From a bacterium (GTDB lineage: Bacteria; Hinthialibacterota; Hinthialibacteria; Hinthialibacterales; Hinthialibacteraceae), in contig CAXXSM010000122.1 of the NCBI GenBank assembly GCA_963663405.2, forward strand, positions 64,001-128,000: a stretch of 64,000 nt of DNA. The letters run 5' to 3'. Each line of letters begins with the position of its first letter. Positions within the stretch are counted from its first letter, which is position 1. The notes beneath the pieces are model-generated. The model searched no databases, was not told where the DNA came from, and saw only the letters and a program-made list of their open reading frames with translations. This document shows positions 12,979-22,745 of this stretch, one piece after another. The translations under genes were made by a program, and so were the position numbers.

Positions 12979-14250
12979 CTATTTCGCAGGCTTTGTATTC
13001 GAGTTCGTTGGTCCAACACTCAAATCCCTTACTAACCGCTCAAACGCTTTTGTATAATCGTCGTGCTCTTTCCATTTCGTGAAATCGCCGATATGACGTT
13101 CCTCTTGTATGTCATATGCCCATTGTTTTTCAGTCTTAAATACAGCATCATCCAAACGAATAGGAAAAAGAACATCGCTATTCTGTGCCTTCTCTTTCTC
13201 CAAAGCAGTTTCCACTTCTTTACGTACCCAGGCCCTTGTGACGGAATTTTCCGATAGGATCAAAATCAATTTATCATGTACTCGGATAGCCTCGTCAATG
13301 CTGCGATGAAGGCGGTCACCTATTTTCATGTCTTCCGGAGCGAACCAGCAACGAATGCCCTTATCTTGCAAGTCCGCATGAAGTCGTTTAGCAAATTCCT
13401 CATCCTTATGCGAATAACTAATGAAGCAGGAATAAAACTCTATGGCTTTGCCCAATATGGATGGAATGTATTCGATGTACGTATCCGGAAGCCCACAGCC
13501 GCGGAGGAAATTGAGCGGAAGGTTTCCTGATTTTTGGAGAGTTCGGTGGTCTAGGATAGATGGTCCAAAATGTCTGCATGAATCCAAGCCTTTGGCGTCA
13601 GTTAGGTTTGTGTTTCCGAAAGCTGTTTCAAGCAGAATTGCTGACTCAAGATCAGCTCGGGTAAGGTCCGCCATACGGAGGTCCACTACGATAAGGTTTG
13701 CTCCTTTGAGGCTCGCACTTCTGAGTTTTGCCTCGCTAAGGTTCGCCCCGCGGAGATTCGCCCCGTAGAGATTCGACTCTCGAAGGTTCACACCGCCAAG
13801 GTTCGCCCCGCCGAGGTCTGCCCTATAAAGGTTTGTTCTGCTGAGGTTCGCCCTACGAAGGTTAGCCTTGCGAAGGTTAGCCTCGCGAAAGTTTGCTCCT
13901 TTGAGGCTCGCACTTCTGAGTTTTGTATCGCTGAGATCTGCCCTACTAAGATCCGCTTCGACAAGGATTGCCCCAGTAAGGCTTGCTCCGTTGAATGACA
14001 CATCACAAAGGTTCGCCCTGCTAAGGTTCACTCCATTTAGGTACGCATTTTTTAGTGTCGTACCACGAAAGTCTACAAAGGAAAGATTTGTTTTGAAAAG
14101 GTTCGCCTCGCAAAGGTCTGCCCTGCAGAACCTAATACCATGAAGATCCACCCCTCCAAGATCCGGTATAATATCCGGATTATCTAACCTCCATTTATTC
14201 CAAACATCTACCCCTTCCTTCAGTATCGCAACATGCTCCTCATTCGCCAT
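12979..14250 (-). CDS. Pentapeptide-repeat protein with C-terminal TIR domain
   Basis: A(D/N)Lxx pentapeptide repeats, then FYSCFISYSHKD...CWFAPED...LILSENS...WVRKEV (putative catalytic Glu)...LFPIRLD. Confidence 0.9.
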   Translation of the reverse strand: MANEEHVAILKEGVDVWNKWRLDNPDIIPDLGGVDLHGIRFCRADLCEANLFKTNLSFVDFRGTTLKNAYLNGVNLSRANLCDVSFNGASLTGAILVEADLSRADLSDTKLRSASLKGANFREANLRKANLRRANLSRTNLYRADLGGANLGGVNLRESNLYGANLRGANLSEAKLRSASLKGANLIVVDLRMADLTRADLESAILLETAFGNTNLTDAKGLDSCRHFGPSILDHRTLQKSGNLPLNFLRGCGLPDTYIEYIPSILGKAIEFYSCFISYSHKDEEFAKRLHADLQDKGIRCWFAPEDMKIGDRLHRSIDEAIRVHDKLILILSENSVTRAWVRKEVETALEKEKAQNSDVLFPIRLDDAVFKTEKQWAYDIQEERHIGDFTKWKEHDDYTKAFERLVRDLSVGPTNSNTKPAK

Positions 14251-14441
14251 CAGCATCCCCCATAATTGTAATTAAAGTGCCTATTTGATAACACTTAGCG
14301 GCGAATGTCAAGATAGTAGGGGGGGGGGGGTTCTAGGGAGTTTAAGTTGCTGTTGAGGTGTCTCCATACTCACTTGAATCCTATATTCAATATGTGTTAT
14401 TTTATATGTACCAAAAACGGCAGGGAGCGAGGTATTATATT

Positions 14442-14798
14442 ATGGCGTTATTGCAATGCCCGGAATGCGGCCATGAAGTATCCTCTTCGGCGTGGAGGTG
14501 TGCCAACTGTGGTTTTCCTATCAAGACAAATATATGGAAAGTTAAGATAAAATTATGGATAATTTCCAAATGTATGAAATACCATAATTGGAAATTAAAG
14601 AAGGAAGAAGAAAGACAAAAGAGACAAGAAGAATGGAAAAAAAAGCGCGACTTGATAAGTGATGAAGAAAAGAAAAAGAGAGAAGAAGAAAGAAAAAAGC
14701 AAGATAAATTTGATAAGACATTCATATATCTCATTATTTTTTTTACTTTTTTTGTCCTAATTACTGCTATTATTGCCCAAATATTTTTACCTGAATGA
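14442..14798 (+). CDS. Zinc-ribbon protein with coiled coil and C-terminal TM helix
   Basis: MALLQCPECGHEVSSSAWRCANCGFP, a charged helix and a hydrophobic C-terminus. Confidence 0.75.
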   Translation: MALLQCPECGHEVSSSAWRCANCGFPIKTNIWKVKIKLWIISKCMKYHNWKLKKEEERQKRQEEWKKKRDLISDEEKKKREEERKKQDKFDKTFIYLIIFFTFFVLITAIIAQIFLPE

Positions 14799-14808
14799 AA
14801 CTTAAGGC

Positions 14809-15963
14809 TTATCCTTCCACCGCCTCCCTACTCTTTATATCCGCAAACGAAATAATTTTCGAACCATGCTTTTCGAGCGCCTCACGCAACGGGTCTTGAG
14901 CGAGGTGCGCGTAAACTTCGGTTGTGGAAAGAGTACTTTGATTCAACGCTTTTCCAACCAGGATTAGGCTTTCGCCACTCGAAGCCAACCATGAACCGGC
15001 GGTGCGGCGTAGATCATGAATGCGAAGATCTGGCATTCCGGCGCGTTTGCGTATCCTGTACCATTGCTGACGCGGGAATTCTAACCAGTGGCCGGATGGA
15101 CCAGGGCCGGGGAATATCCAAGGTGAGTGGGGATCGCGCGGAATACTCTCCAGCATTTCAACGGCGGCGGTGGAGAGTGGCAGGTAGAATACGCGGCCTG
15201 GTTTGGTATCCGGTAGTTTTAACATTCGTTGATCCGGATCGTAGTCAGTCCATTTCAACCGCATGAGTTCTCTATTGCGCAGGCCGGTTAGCAGGTACAG
15301 CCAGAGTCCGGCACGTATGCGGGGATCGTTTTCGGCGTTAATGGAATTGGCGAGGACTGGCAGGTCAACCGCAGTCACCCAGCGGTCCCGTTTCTCCTCT
15401 TTGTATTTCGGTATACGTTTTGCCGGGTTTGCTGCTGTATCCGGAAGGTAACCTTCCTCGATCGCGAAACTATAAATTTTAGAGACTAAAGATAATACAC
15501 GGTTTGCCTCGTAGGGGGCCGTCCTGCCAATCCGCTCGTGTACGTCGCGCATATCAGGCCGTTTTATCTTATCAACATGTTTACGTCCCCACACAGGGCG
15601 CAGGTGCTTTTCAATCCTGCGGCGATCATGATAGCCGGTTTTCTTTTTCGAGGCGTGGCGTGCAATGAAATCGTCTGCCAGATCACCGAATGTGGACGCC
15701 TGTTTGTCGCGTGTAGCCAGATCGTCACCGAGCGCCAATTGCGTGTTGTACATATGGCCGATCCGGCGGGCGTTCGCAAGCATGATACCTGGATGCTGGC
15801 CTATCGTGAGTTTTGTTAGTTTCTTATTTCGACGATAGTAGAAAATGAATGATCGCTGGCCGGATGGAAACACGCAGATACCGAGATGTGGACATTCGGT
15901 ATCCCAGATAATACCCGGTTTCTTAGCTGTCTCGATAACGTGTTGTGATAGTTTCCGTTTCAC
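14809..15963 (-). CDS. Phage/P4-type tyrosine integrase with arm-binding domain
   Basis: WDTECPHLG...G.RSF...LTIGQHP arm domain; TGLR, K, HDLRRT and Y catalytic residues; adjacent to the tRNA fragment. Confidence 0.92.
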   Translation of the reverse strand: MKRKLSQHVIETAKKPGIIWDTECPHLGICVFPSGQRSFIFYYRRNKKLTKLTIGQHPGIMLANARRIGHMYNTQLALGDDLATRDKQASTFGDLADDFIARHASKKKTGYHDRRRIEKHLRPVWGRKHVDKIKRPDMRDVHERIGRTAPYEANRVLSLVSKIYSFAIEEGYLPDTAANPAKRIPKYKEEKRDRWVTAVDLPVLANSINAENDPRIRAGLWLYLLTGLRNRELMRLKWTDYDPDQRMLKLPDTKPGRVFYLPLSTAAVEMLESIPRDPHSPWIFPGPGPSGHWLEFPRQQWYRIRKRAGMPDLRIHDLRRTAGSWLASSGESLILVGKALNQSTLSTTEVYAHLAQDPLREALEKHGSKIISFADIKSREAVEG

Positions 15964-16124
15964 CGCTCAACCTCCCATTTCAAGAATCAGCAGAAAATCA
16001 GCCGTTCGCTTAAGGTAACTCCAAGGTAACTGCTATGTCGTATTATGTCGAGTTTACCACAAGTGAAAGTTGAAAAATAGGCGGAAAAACGGGTTTTTTG
16101 ATGTATGTTGACGAGTACTGCGTG

Positions 16125-16169
16125 TGACTCCAAATCAGCAGGTTAGGGGTTCGAGTCCTTCCACGCCTG
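16125..16169 (+). tRNA. 3' half of tRNA-Trp(CCA), attachment-site duplication
   Basis: TGACTCCAAATCA anticodon arm, GGTTCGAGTCC T-arm and CACGCCTG acceptor strand. No D-arm or 5' acceptor upstream. Confidence 0.82.
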
Positions 16170-16392
16170 ATTGATTTTACTAAACTTACAACTCTCTCTT
16201 ATCTTCCAATTTCCAAATGGCGCCCACGTTTTAAAAATAAGATACTATATCTCTATGCGGCAATTTACCATATACTTCTTAAGATCAATGAATTTATAAT
16301 GAACACGGCTGGTCGGACCATTCCCTAGTTTGTAATAGGGGAGCAATCCATCGGCGGCTTTCTAAACAAATAATCGAACAATGAGGAGTATC

Positions 16393-17595
16393 ATGAATCG
16401 CTATATTCTACTTTTTTTCGTTTCCACACTGTCGTTACAAGCGGATGTATCAAAATGGACACATTTCACCATTGATTGCCCACTGCCTGGAACGGGTTGG
16501 GGGACGGCAGGGCCTTCTTTAGCGGATTATGATGGCGATGGTGATTTGGACATTGCGCTTTCGCGTAGAGCCACAAAGACGGCTTTCTGGTATGAACGAG
16601 TGAGTGATTCGATTTGGATTCCCCACATCATAGGGAGTTCAAACAGTTTAAGTACGGCGTTGGGAAACGTAGCGCTGGATGTCAACCACGATGGATTTTT
16701 TGATGTCGTGATCAACCAGGTTTGGTTTGAAAATCCCGGATGCCTGGATGAGAATCCGGATGCTCCGTGGTCGGCGCATTCGTTTGAGGGTGGTGGACAT
16801 GATATCATTGCCGCAGACATCAACGGCGATGGGAAGGATGATATTGTAGCCGATCTCGGCATGGCTTGGTTCGATACGGCAAACGGCTTGAAAAAATCGC
16901 TCATATACAATGGATTGGAGTATCACGGATGCATCGCTCCTAAAGGTGTTGGCGATTTAGACAACGATGGTGATGTGGACCTCGTCGTACCAGGCCATTG
17001 GTTTGCAAATCCCGGTGAGGGAAAGGGAGAATGGAAACGACACGACTGGCCGCATAAATCTATTCCCAACGCATCTTACGGAACAAGCATACGCAGTTGG
17101 GTTGAAGACCTTAATGGAGATGGGTGGAAGGACATCCTCTACAGCGATTGTGATACAGGATGGGGGCATGTTTATTGGGTTGAGAATCATGTCAAAGATG
17201 GAGCTTGGATTTCACATCCCTTGGATGATCCACCCACCTTACCTGGGGATGTGCCTGGAACCGGTTCATTTCATTCGCTAGGCGTAGCCGATTTTGATGG
17301 TGATGGAGATTTAGACATCTTTGCTGGAGAGCAAGAAGATCCGTCGGATATGAAAGGAGCAGGAACTATTCCAATGAAGCCAGCAGGATTAAAGGAGCGG
17401 GGAATAATCTGGGAGAACATTGGCAGCGTCAAAAATCCCTCGTTTCACCCCGTTGTAATCCAAATCGACAATCCCGGTTGGCATGATATCGCTTTAGGTG
17501 ATGTCGATGGAGACGGTGACATTGATATCGTCAACAAAATTTGGAATAAAGATGGAGCAGCCTATCATGCGGATTATTGGAGAAACGATAATTAG
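16393..17595 (+). CDS. Secreted FG-GAP/VCBS-repeat beta-propeller protein
   Basis: Signal peptide and about seven DxDGDGDxD repeats. Confidence 0.88.
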   Translation: MNRYILLFFVSTLSLQADVSKWTHFTIDCPLPGTGWGTAGPSLADYDGDGDLDIALSRRATKTAFWYERVSDSIWIPHIIGSSNSLSTALGNVALDVNHDGFFDVVINQVWFENPGCLDENPDAPWSAHSFEGGGHDIIAADINGDGKDDIVADLGMAWFDTANGLKKSLIYNGLEYHGCIAPKGVGDLDNDGDVDLVVPGHWFANPGEGKGEWKRHDWPHKSIPNASYGTSIRSWVEDLNGDGWKDILYSDCDTGWGHVYWVENHVKDGAWISHPLDDPPTLPGDVPGTGSFHSLGVADFDGDGDLDIFAGEQEDPSDMKGAGTIPMKPAGLKERGIIWENIGSVKNPSFHPVVIQIDNPGWHDIALGDVDGDGDIDIVNKIWNKDGAAYHADYWRNDN

Positions 17596-18317
17596 TTTCT
17601 GTTGCGGAAAGAAAAAGGTAAAAAAGAGCGTTACTAAATCATAGCCCATTCCTTACAAGAAAGTCAGGCAAACTCAAAAGAAGGAAAGGGTTATGAGAAG
17701 CAAGATCAACGATCAAAAAACATTCAATTACAATCCATCGATCAGCGTGAAAGTCGTTCAAGATTACGTTAACAAATATCAAGGATTGATGAGATTTTAC
17801 ATGAGAATCGAGAGATTTTGGATGTTGTGCATGACGCTGCTTTTCTTGTTCAAACAAAAGCCGAGATGGGGATTATACAACCTTAGAGATTTTTCGAGCG
17901 ATACTGGTCCTATTTCTTGAATAATGGAGTTTTCGGAAAACCGTTGTGAATATCGATACGAATCTAGTCCTCCAAGAATTTGTCGGCCTGGGATTTAAAC
18001 CGGTGATGGATTTCACGTTTTTGAATAAAGCCTACTGCGCCCTCACCAATCCCACATGGGAGAAGATCAATTAGGCTTTGAATCAATATGCGCGGCAGGA
18101 GGTAAAAATCGGCGGCGAGGAGTTGCGTGTTGACAGCACGGTGTACGAAACCAACATCCATTTAAGGGATTTAAGAACTATGTGGTCAACGTAGGGTGCG
18201 CGGTGTATTGCCATAACCTTGTTCTGCTGACTCATATTTGTTGTGGCAAAGCTAGTTGTCGTCTCAATTGAAGCTTAAGTGATTCGACTCAAAAGCGGCT
18301 TTCCGCAATAGAAACTA
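17593..18317 (+). mobile_element. Internally deleted ISNCY/IS5-like element
   Basis: 19-bp IR TAGTTTCTGTTGCGGAAAG / CTTTCCGCAATAGAAACTA (1 mismatch), AAT on both flanks, and a decayed transposase piece LRVDSTVYETNIH near 18123-18161. Confidence 0.72.
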
Positions 18318-18374
18318 AATAACAGAGTTTTGTTACTTTTAATCGTCAAAAAGTAGATTTGTCACTATGCGGAT

Positions 18375-20036
18375 ATGATTAATATGTCATCAACAAATAT
18401 CGATGCAGTAATTTATTATCACGAAGAGACAAAGCATCATTTCCATCGCTTCGCCCGTTCGCTGGGTCATCTGGATTGGGCGAACCAACCGCATCCTTTT
18501 CGTTATTATGAAGGCGCGCCGCGAATCGCGCTTCCTTTTCTTTCCCTGAAGGAGGATGTTCCATACGAATCACTCTATAATCATCGGCTTGGTGAACACC
18601 ATGCAATTGATGAGTCATCGATTGCGGATTTCCTGCGGTATTCATTAGGACTAACGGCATGGAAAAAATATGGAGAGGATCGCTGGTCATTGCGCGCCAA
18701 TCCGTCCAGTGGAAATCTTCATCCCACCGAAGGTTATATAATTTTGCCCACCATGCCTCAATGGAGCGATACCCCAGCGGTTTGTCACTATGATCCCGAA
18801 AAACATCATTTGGAAATAAGAGCGAGGATATCGGATCCTGTATCAGCCCAGCTGCTTGGAAAAGAATCGCATTCGTTTCTGATTGCTCTCAGTTCGATTC
18901 ACTGGCGCGAAGCGTGGAAATACGGGGAGCGCGCATTTCGATACTGTCAGCATGACGTTGGTCATGCGATCGCCGCTTTGCGCTTTTCAGCAGCGTTACG
19001 CGGATGGCAATTGAAACTCATTCCCTCCTGGCCCTCCTCCAGACTGGAAACGTTGCTCGGTTTGGACCGAATAGAGGATTTTCACAAGAACGAACATGAG
19101 GAACCGGATCTGTTGGCTTTGGTTACTGATTCAAGCGAAGAGTTTGAACTTCCATTGCCGCCGGATGAATCTTTTTTCGATGCATGGCGCTCCGCCAAAT
19201 GGCATGGAAAAGCCAATCGTCTCAGCAAAGAACATATGCCATGGCCCATAATCGAGACAACCGCAAACGCGTTACACATACCGGACACTCAATCCAAGAT
19301 CGAATCACCGTGGCGCCCTCCATCCAGTCCGCAATTGCTTACATCCTATCAAACGGGTAAACGGGCAAAACAGATCATTCGTCAACGCCGCAGTGGAGTT
19401 GATTTTGATCCACGATATACAATCGATCTCGGCAAATTTCTCCCGATCGTTGCTCGTACATTGCCGAATTCGGGATCTCCCTGGGATGCGATTTACTGGC
19501 CCGCTTGTGTCGATCTCTTTCTCTTTGTTCACCGGGTAGAAGGCATCCCTTCAGGTTTATATATGCTCGTTCGTAATCCCGGTCATGAAGACGAGTTGCG
19601 AACCTTGTGTCATAATGAATTTCTGTGGACCAAACCCAGCGGAATCCCTGGTGATATTCCACTTTACTTGCTGAAGGAGAAAAATGTTCAAGATATCGCT
19701 TGCGCCATCAGTTGTCAGCAATCCATTGCTGGAAACAGTTTTTTCAGCCTGGGGATGCTTGCCCGTTTCGCTGAAAGTCTCAAACGATATGGACCTTGGT
19801 TTTATCGCAGTCTTTTCTGGGAAACGGGTATGATCGGACAGGTGTTGTATCTTGAAGCCGAAGCCCACAATGCTCGCGGAACGGGAATCGGATGTTTTTT
19901 CGATGACGCCGCACACGAACTTCTAGGCATCGACGATCAATCGTATCAAAGCCTATATCATTTCACAATCGGGATTGCAATCGATGATCCCCGATTGAGT
20001 ACATTGCCCCCCTATGCTCAAGAACCACTATCTTGA
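18375..20036 (+). CDS. SagB/ThcOx-family dehydrogenase (double nitroreductase fold)
   Basis: YHEETKHH, LDWANQPHPFR, LRANPSSGNLHPTEGY, WREAWKYGERAFRYCQHDVGH, RQRRS, GTGIGCFFDD. Confidence 0.88.
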   Translation: MINMSSTNIDAVIYYHEETKHHFHRFARSLGHLDWANQPHPFRYYEGAPRIALPFLSLKEDVPYESLYNHRLGEHHAIDESSIADFLRYSLGLTAWKKYGEDRWSLRANPSSGNLHPTEGYIILPTMPQWSDTPAVCHYDPEKHHLEIRARISDPVSAQLLGKESHSFLIALSSIHWREAWKYGERAFRYCQHDVGHAIAALRFSAALRGWQLKLIPSWPSSRLETLLGLDRIEDFHKNEHEEPDLLALVTDSSEEFELPLPPDESFFDAWRSAKWHGKANRLSKEHMPWPIIETTANALHIPDTQSKIESPWRPPSSPQLLTSYQTGKRAKQIIRQRRSGVDFDPRYTIDLGKFLPIVARTLPNSGSPWDAIYWPACVDLFLFVHRVEGIPSGLYMLVRNPGHEDELRTLCHNEFLWTKPSGIPGDIPLYLLKEKNVQDIACAISCQQSIAGNSFFSLGMLARFAESLKRYGPWFYRSLFWETGMIGQVLYLEAEAHNARGTGIGCFFDDAAHELLGIDDQSYQSLYHFTIGIAIDDPRLSTLPPYAQEPLS

Positions 20037-20209
20037 TAGAAATCGCCCTCGTTCGATAACCGAGAGTGATCCCTTACTTTCAAGGAATTACGTTGACTAA
20101 CATTTGATGAGTGACGTAAATCTGTTTGGCTTTTTTAGCAAAATGATCGTAATGATCCTGCTTGATCCATTTTCTCAACGCGTCGGCCACATAATCGTCA
20201 ACCACAATC

Positions 20210-20540
20210 TCAGCGCAATGGATCGGGCGAAATCTCTCCAAGTAGTTGTCCATCCTCAATCAGCTTCGCCTTTAATTTTTCGTAATCAAGATCCTGAACG
20301 GCGATCCCCTTATCAATCGACAACGCCGCTGCCGTTCCGGCGCTCTGACCAAGAATCATGAAAACCGGTTCCATCCGGATCGATCCGTATGCGACATGCG
20401 ATGCGGAAAGACAAACCGGCACAAGCAGATTTACGCATTCTTCCTTTTTCGGAACGATTGAGCGATAGGAAACAGGATAGGGCTGTGGACAACCATGCCC
20501 AAAGCCGCCTTCGTTTCTCACTGTTTTTATCCCATTTTCT
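20210..20540 (-). pseudogene. C-terminal fragment of an FAD-dependent oxidoreductase (FAD_oxidored type)
   Basis: [46 protein letters not shown]. The 5' part is lost at the Tn3 MITE. Confidence 0.8.
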
Positions 20541-20565
20541 TCCACGACAACACGCTGACAGAAGT

Positions 20566-20824
20566 GGGGTATGTTCGGAATACGTGTAAAAAGTAGTCAC
20601 TTGAGAGAGATTCTTTGACTAAAATAAGACGATCTCAAGAGAAAAAGTGATGATTATTTCGTAAAACAGACAAAAGGCGAAGAAAAACAGTCGAAAATGG
20701 TCTTCACCAATGTCAAAGGGAACAAAAAAGCCAACAATTTCGTATCAGTAAAAGAAAATACGAAATTGAACTCGGAAAACAGGGCTGAAATGACTACTCC
20801 TTGCATGTATTCCGAACATACCCC
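20566..20824. mobile_element. Tn3-derived MITE (about 259 bp)
   Basis: Termini GGGGTATGTTCGGAATAC... / ...GTATTCCGAACATACCCC match the transposon at 27265-31194. The interior resembles the start of its recombinase gene. Confidence 0.85.
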
Positions 20825-21035
20825 TAAATGGAGTGCTAAACATCGTTTTTAATTTGTCCATCCCCCTAAATTTTGAAGACAAAAACGCCAAAAGTTTGGT
20901 AGGCACAAATTGTATCTAAGTTGCCTATTGTTATAGGCTTACAAATATTCCTGTGGCCGATTACGTCCCTTTTAGGAATTTAACCCTATTTTGCAAATTG
21001 ATCTAACCCTCCTCTTTAACAGAGTTTATAAATTG

Positions 21036-22410
21036 GCCTCGTCAAAAAAATCTATGGGTAAATTCCGGTTGAGGAAGTTTACCAAGGGTATGATACAAGG
21101 CGATTTCCAGCGTTCGAAATGTTCGAAAGCCGTACGCCATTTTGGTAGTCACTTTCGCTTTGTTATTTAATCCTTCCACGACACCAGAAGAAAACTCTTT
21201 TTTCGCCCGAAACCAGTTCAAAATCAGTTCCCGATGACGCCGAAGCATCTTCGCAACCTTTTTCATTGGCTCGATCCGGGATCGCATGGTCTTGGTACAC
21301 CATTGATCCAAAAAACGGCCCGCCCACGATGCCGACTTATAGTCCCAGAAAAAGTGGAACTCTTCTTTTAAAAGATAACTACGCACGGTCCGAAGGTTAT
21401 ACCGAACCACATTGGCAAGTTTTTCCACCTGCTTCTCGGTTAGATTCACCGAACGTTTGAGAAACCACCAACGGCTTCCTTTCAAGACCGGCTCCAATCC
21501 CTTGGCTTCCCCAGCCCGCACCTCATCGATGGCTTTATTCATATGGGCCACGATGTGAAAACGATCCAAAATATGGATGGCCCCTTTCGCTTTCTTCGCC
21601 ACGACTTTGAGATACGCTTTCCACATATCGCTGCAAATGAATTCCAACTTCGCGCTCCGCTCCTCACCCAACCAGCGGAAAAATCTCAAAAACGTCTTGG
21701 CCGTTCTCTTTTCCCCAATCCAAAGTAACCGCCTACATCCCTCATTGATTTGATACACCGCAGTCACGTAATTGTGCCCGCTTCCCCATTGCATTTCGTC
21801 CACTCCGATGGCGGTGATTCCTTCCAGGTTCCTATGCTCCCGTCCCCAATTGACGGCCCTCTCCACCGAGCAAAATACTTTGTGCCAACTCGTTTGAAAC
21901 GCCTCCGCCACTTGCGTCCAATTTAACCGCTTCGCCCAACCCGCCAGAAACCACTGATACGCGCTCGTTAATTCGTGCTTTCCTTCGGCCCAGGGAACTT
22001 GCTCAATTTTTACCCCGCAGTCTGGACACTCGACACGCCGCATTGTGTAGATTAAAAAAAACGCGATTCCCCACAGCGGGACCATTTCAAAACGACGCTT
22101 GTCACGCTTGTCGTATCCGGGTCTTTTCTTTCCACAGCCGGAACAGATTGGACGATTTCCCTTCCGGGGGCGGATTTCAACCTCCAACACGGTTTTCTTG
22201 TTCCATTCGCTAAAATAGACCGAATCGTACACAAATCCCTTGATTTTATGAACGCGATTGAGGATAGTCTTTACTTGCATCCGGTGGCCTCCTGATTGAT
22301 GGTTTGTCTTCGTCGACTCCATCTTCTTAGGATACGTTACCGGATGTCCTTTTCTATCTCTCCTTCTTCAGCATTCCCTCTTGTTTACCCACTGATTTCT
22401 CTGAGGAACC
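21036..22410 (-). mobile_element. ISL3-family IS, copy 2, intact
   Basis: 8-bp target duplication ATAAATTG (21028-21035 and 22411-22418) and imperfect terminal IRs. Confidence 0.95.
21042..22322 (-). CDS. ISL3-family transposase
   Basis: Uninterrupted 426-aa ORF with Zn finger and GVDE/SDMW/DRFH/EGLNNK motifs. Confidence 0.93.
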   Translation of the reverse strand: MESTKTNHQSGGHRMQVKTILNRVHKIKGFVYDSVYFSEWNKKTVLEVEIRPRKGNRPICSGCGKKRPGYDKRDKRRFEMVPLWGIAFFLIYTMRRVECPDCGVKIEQVPWAEGKHELTSAYQWFLAGWAKRLNWTQVAEAFQTSWHKVFCSVERAVNWGREHRNLEGITAIGVDEMQWGSGHNYVTAVYQINEGCRRLLWIGEKRTAKTFLRFFRWLGEERSAKLEFICSDMWKAYLKVVAKKAKGAIHILDRFHIVAHMNKAIDEVRAGEAKGLEPVLKGSRWWFLKRSVNLTEKQVEKLANVVRYNLRTVRSYLLKEEFHFFWDYKSASWAGRFLDQWCTKTMRSRIEPMKKVAKMLRRHRELILNWFRAKKEFSSGVVEGLNNKAKVTTKMAYGFRTFRTLEIALYHTLGKLPQPEFTHRFF

Positions 22411-22745
22411 ATAAATTGAAATAGCCTATTTCCTTTCGAATCGTTGTCGTACCCCCTAGTCCATCAAAATTTTTAAAAAAAATGTTTTTTTTGTCATAAA
22501 GTAACCTGTCTGAGGGATAATAAATAACAACATCCGTTAATAAACGAAAGAAAAAATTTTGCAATTCAATACCTATGTGAAGGCCGCTTTCTGGAAATAG
22601 ATATCATGGGTAGTCCTGAGTGAATGCATTTTTTTTCTGAGTAATCTTAATATTGAATTACTGCCTATTTCCATCGATCCTTCAACAAAAAAAAGCCCGC
22701 GTTGATTTCTCTCGCTAGCTGATTCATACGGAAGGGGGAAGGAAA

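Noticed and set aside
16125-16169. Functional tRNA-Trp gene
   Set aside because: The 5' acceptor strand and D-arm are absent; interpreted as an att duplication.
18375-20036. SagB-type gene as part of an azole RiPP cluster using the AGDSRQ repeats
   Set aside because: No YcaO or precursor nearby, 18 kb separation, and this double-domain family is commonly stand-alone.
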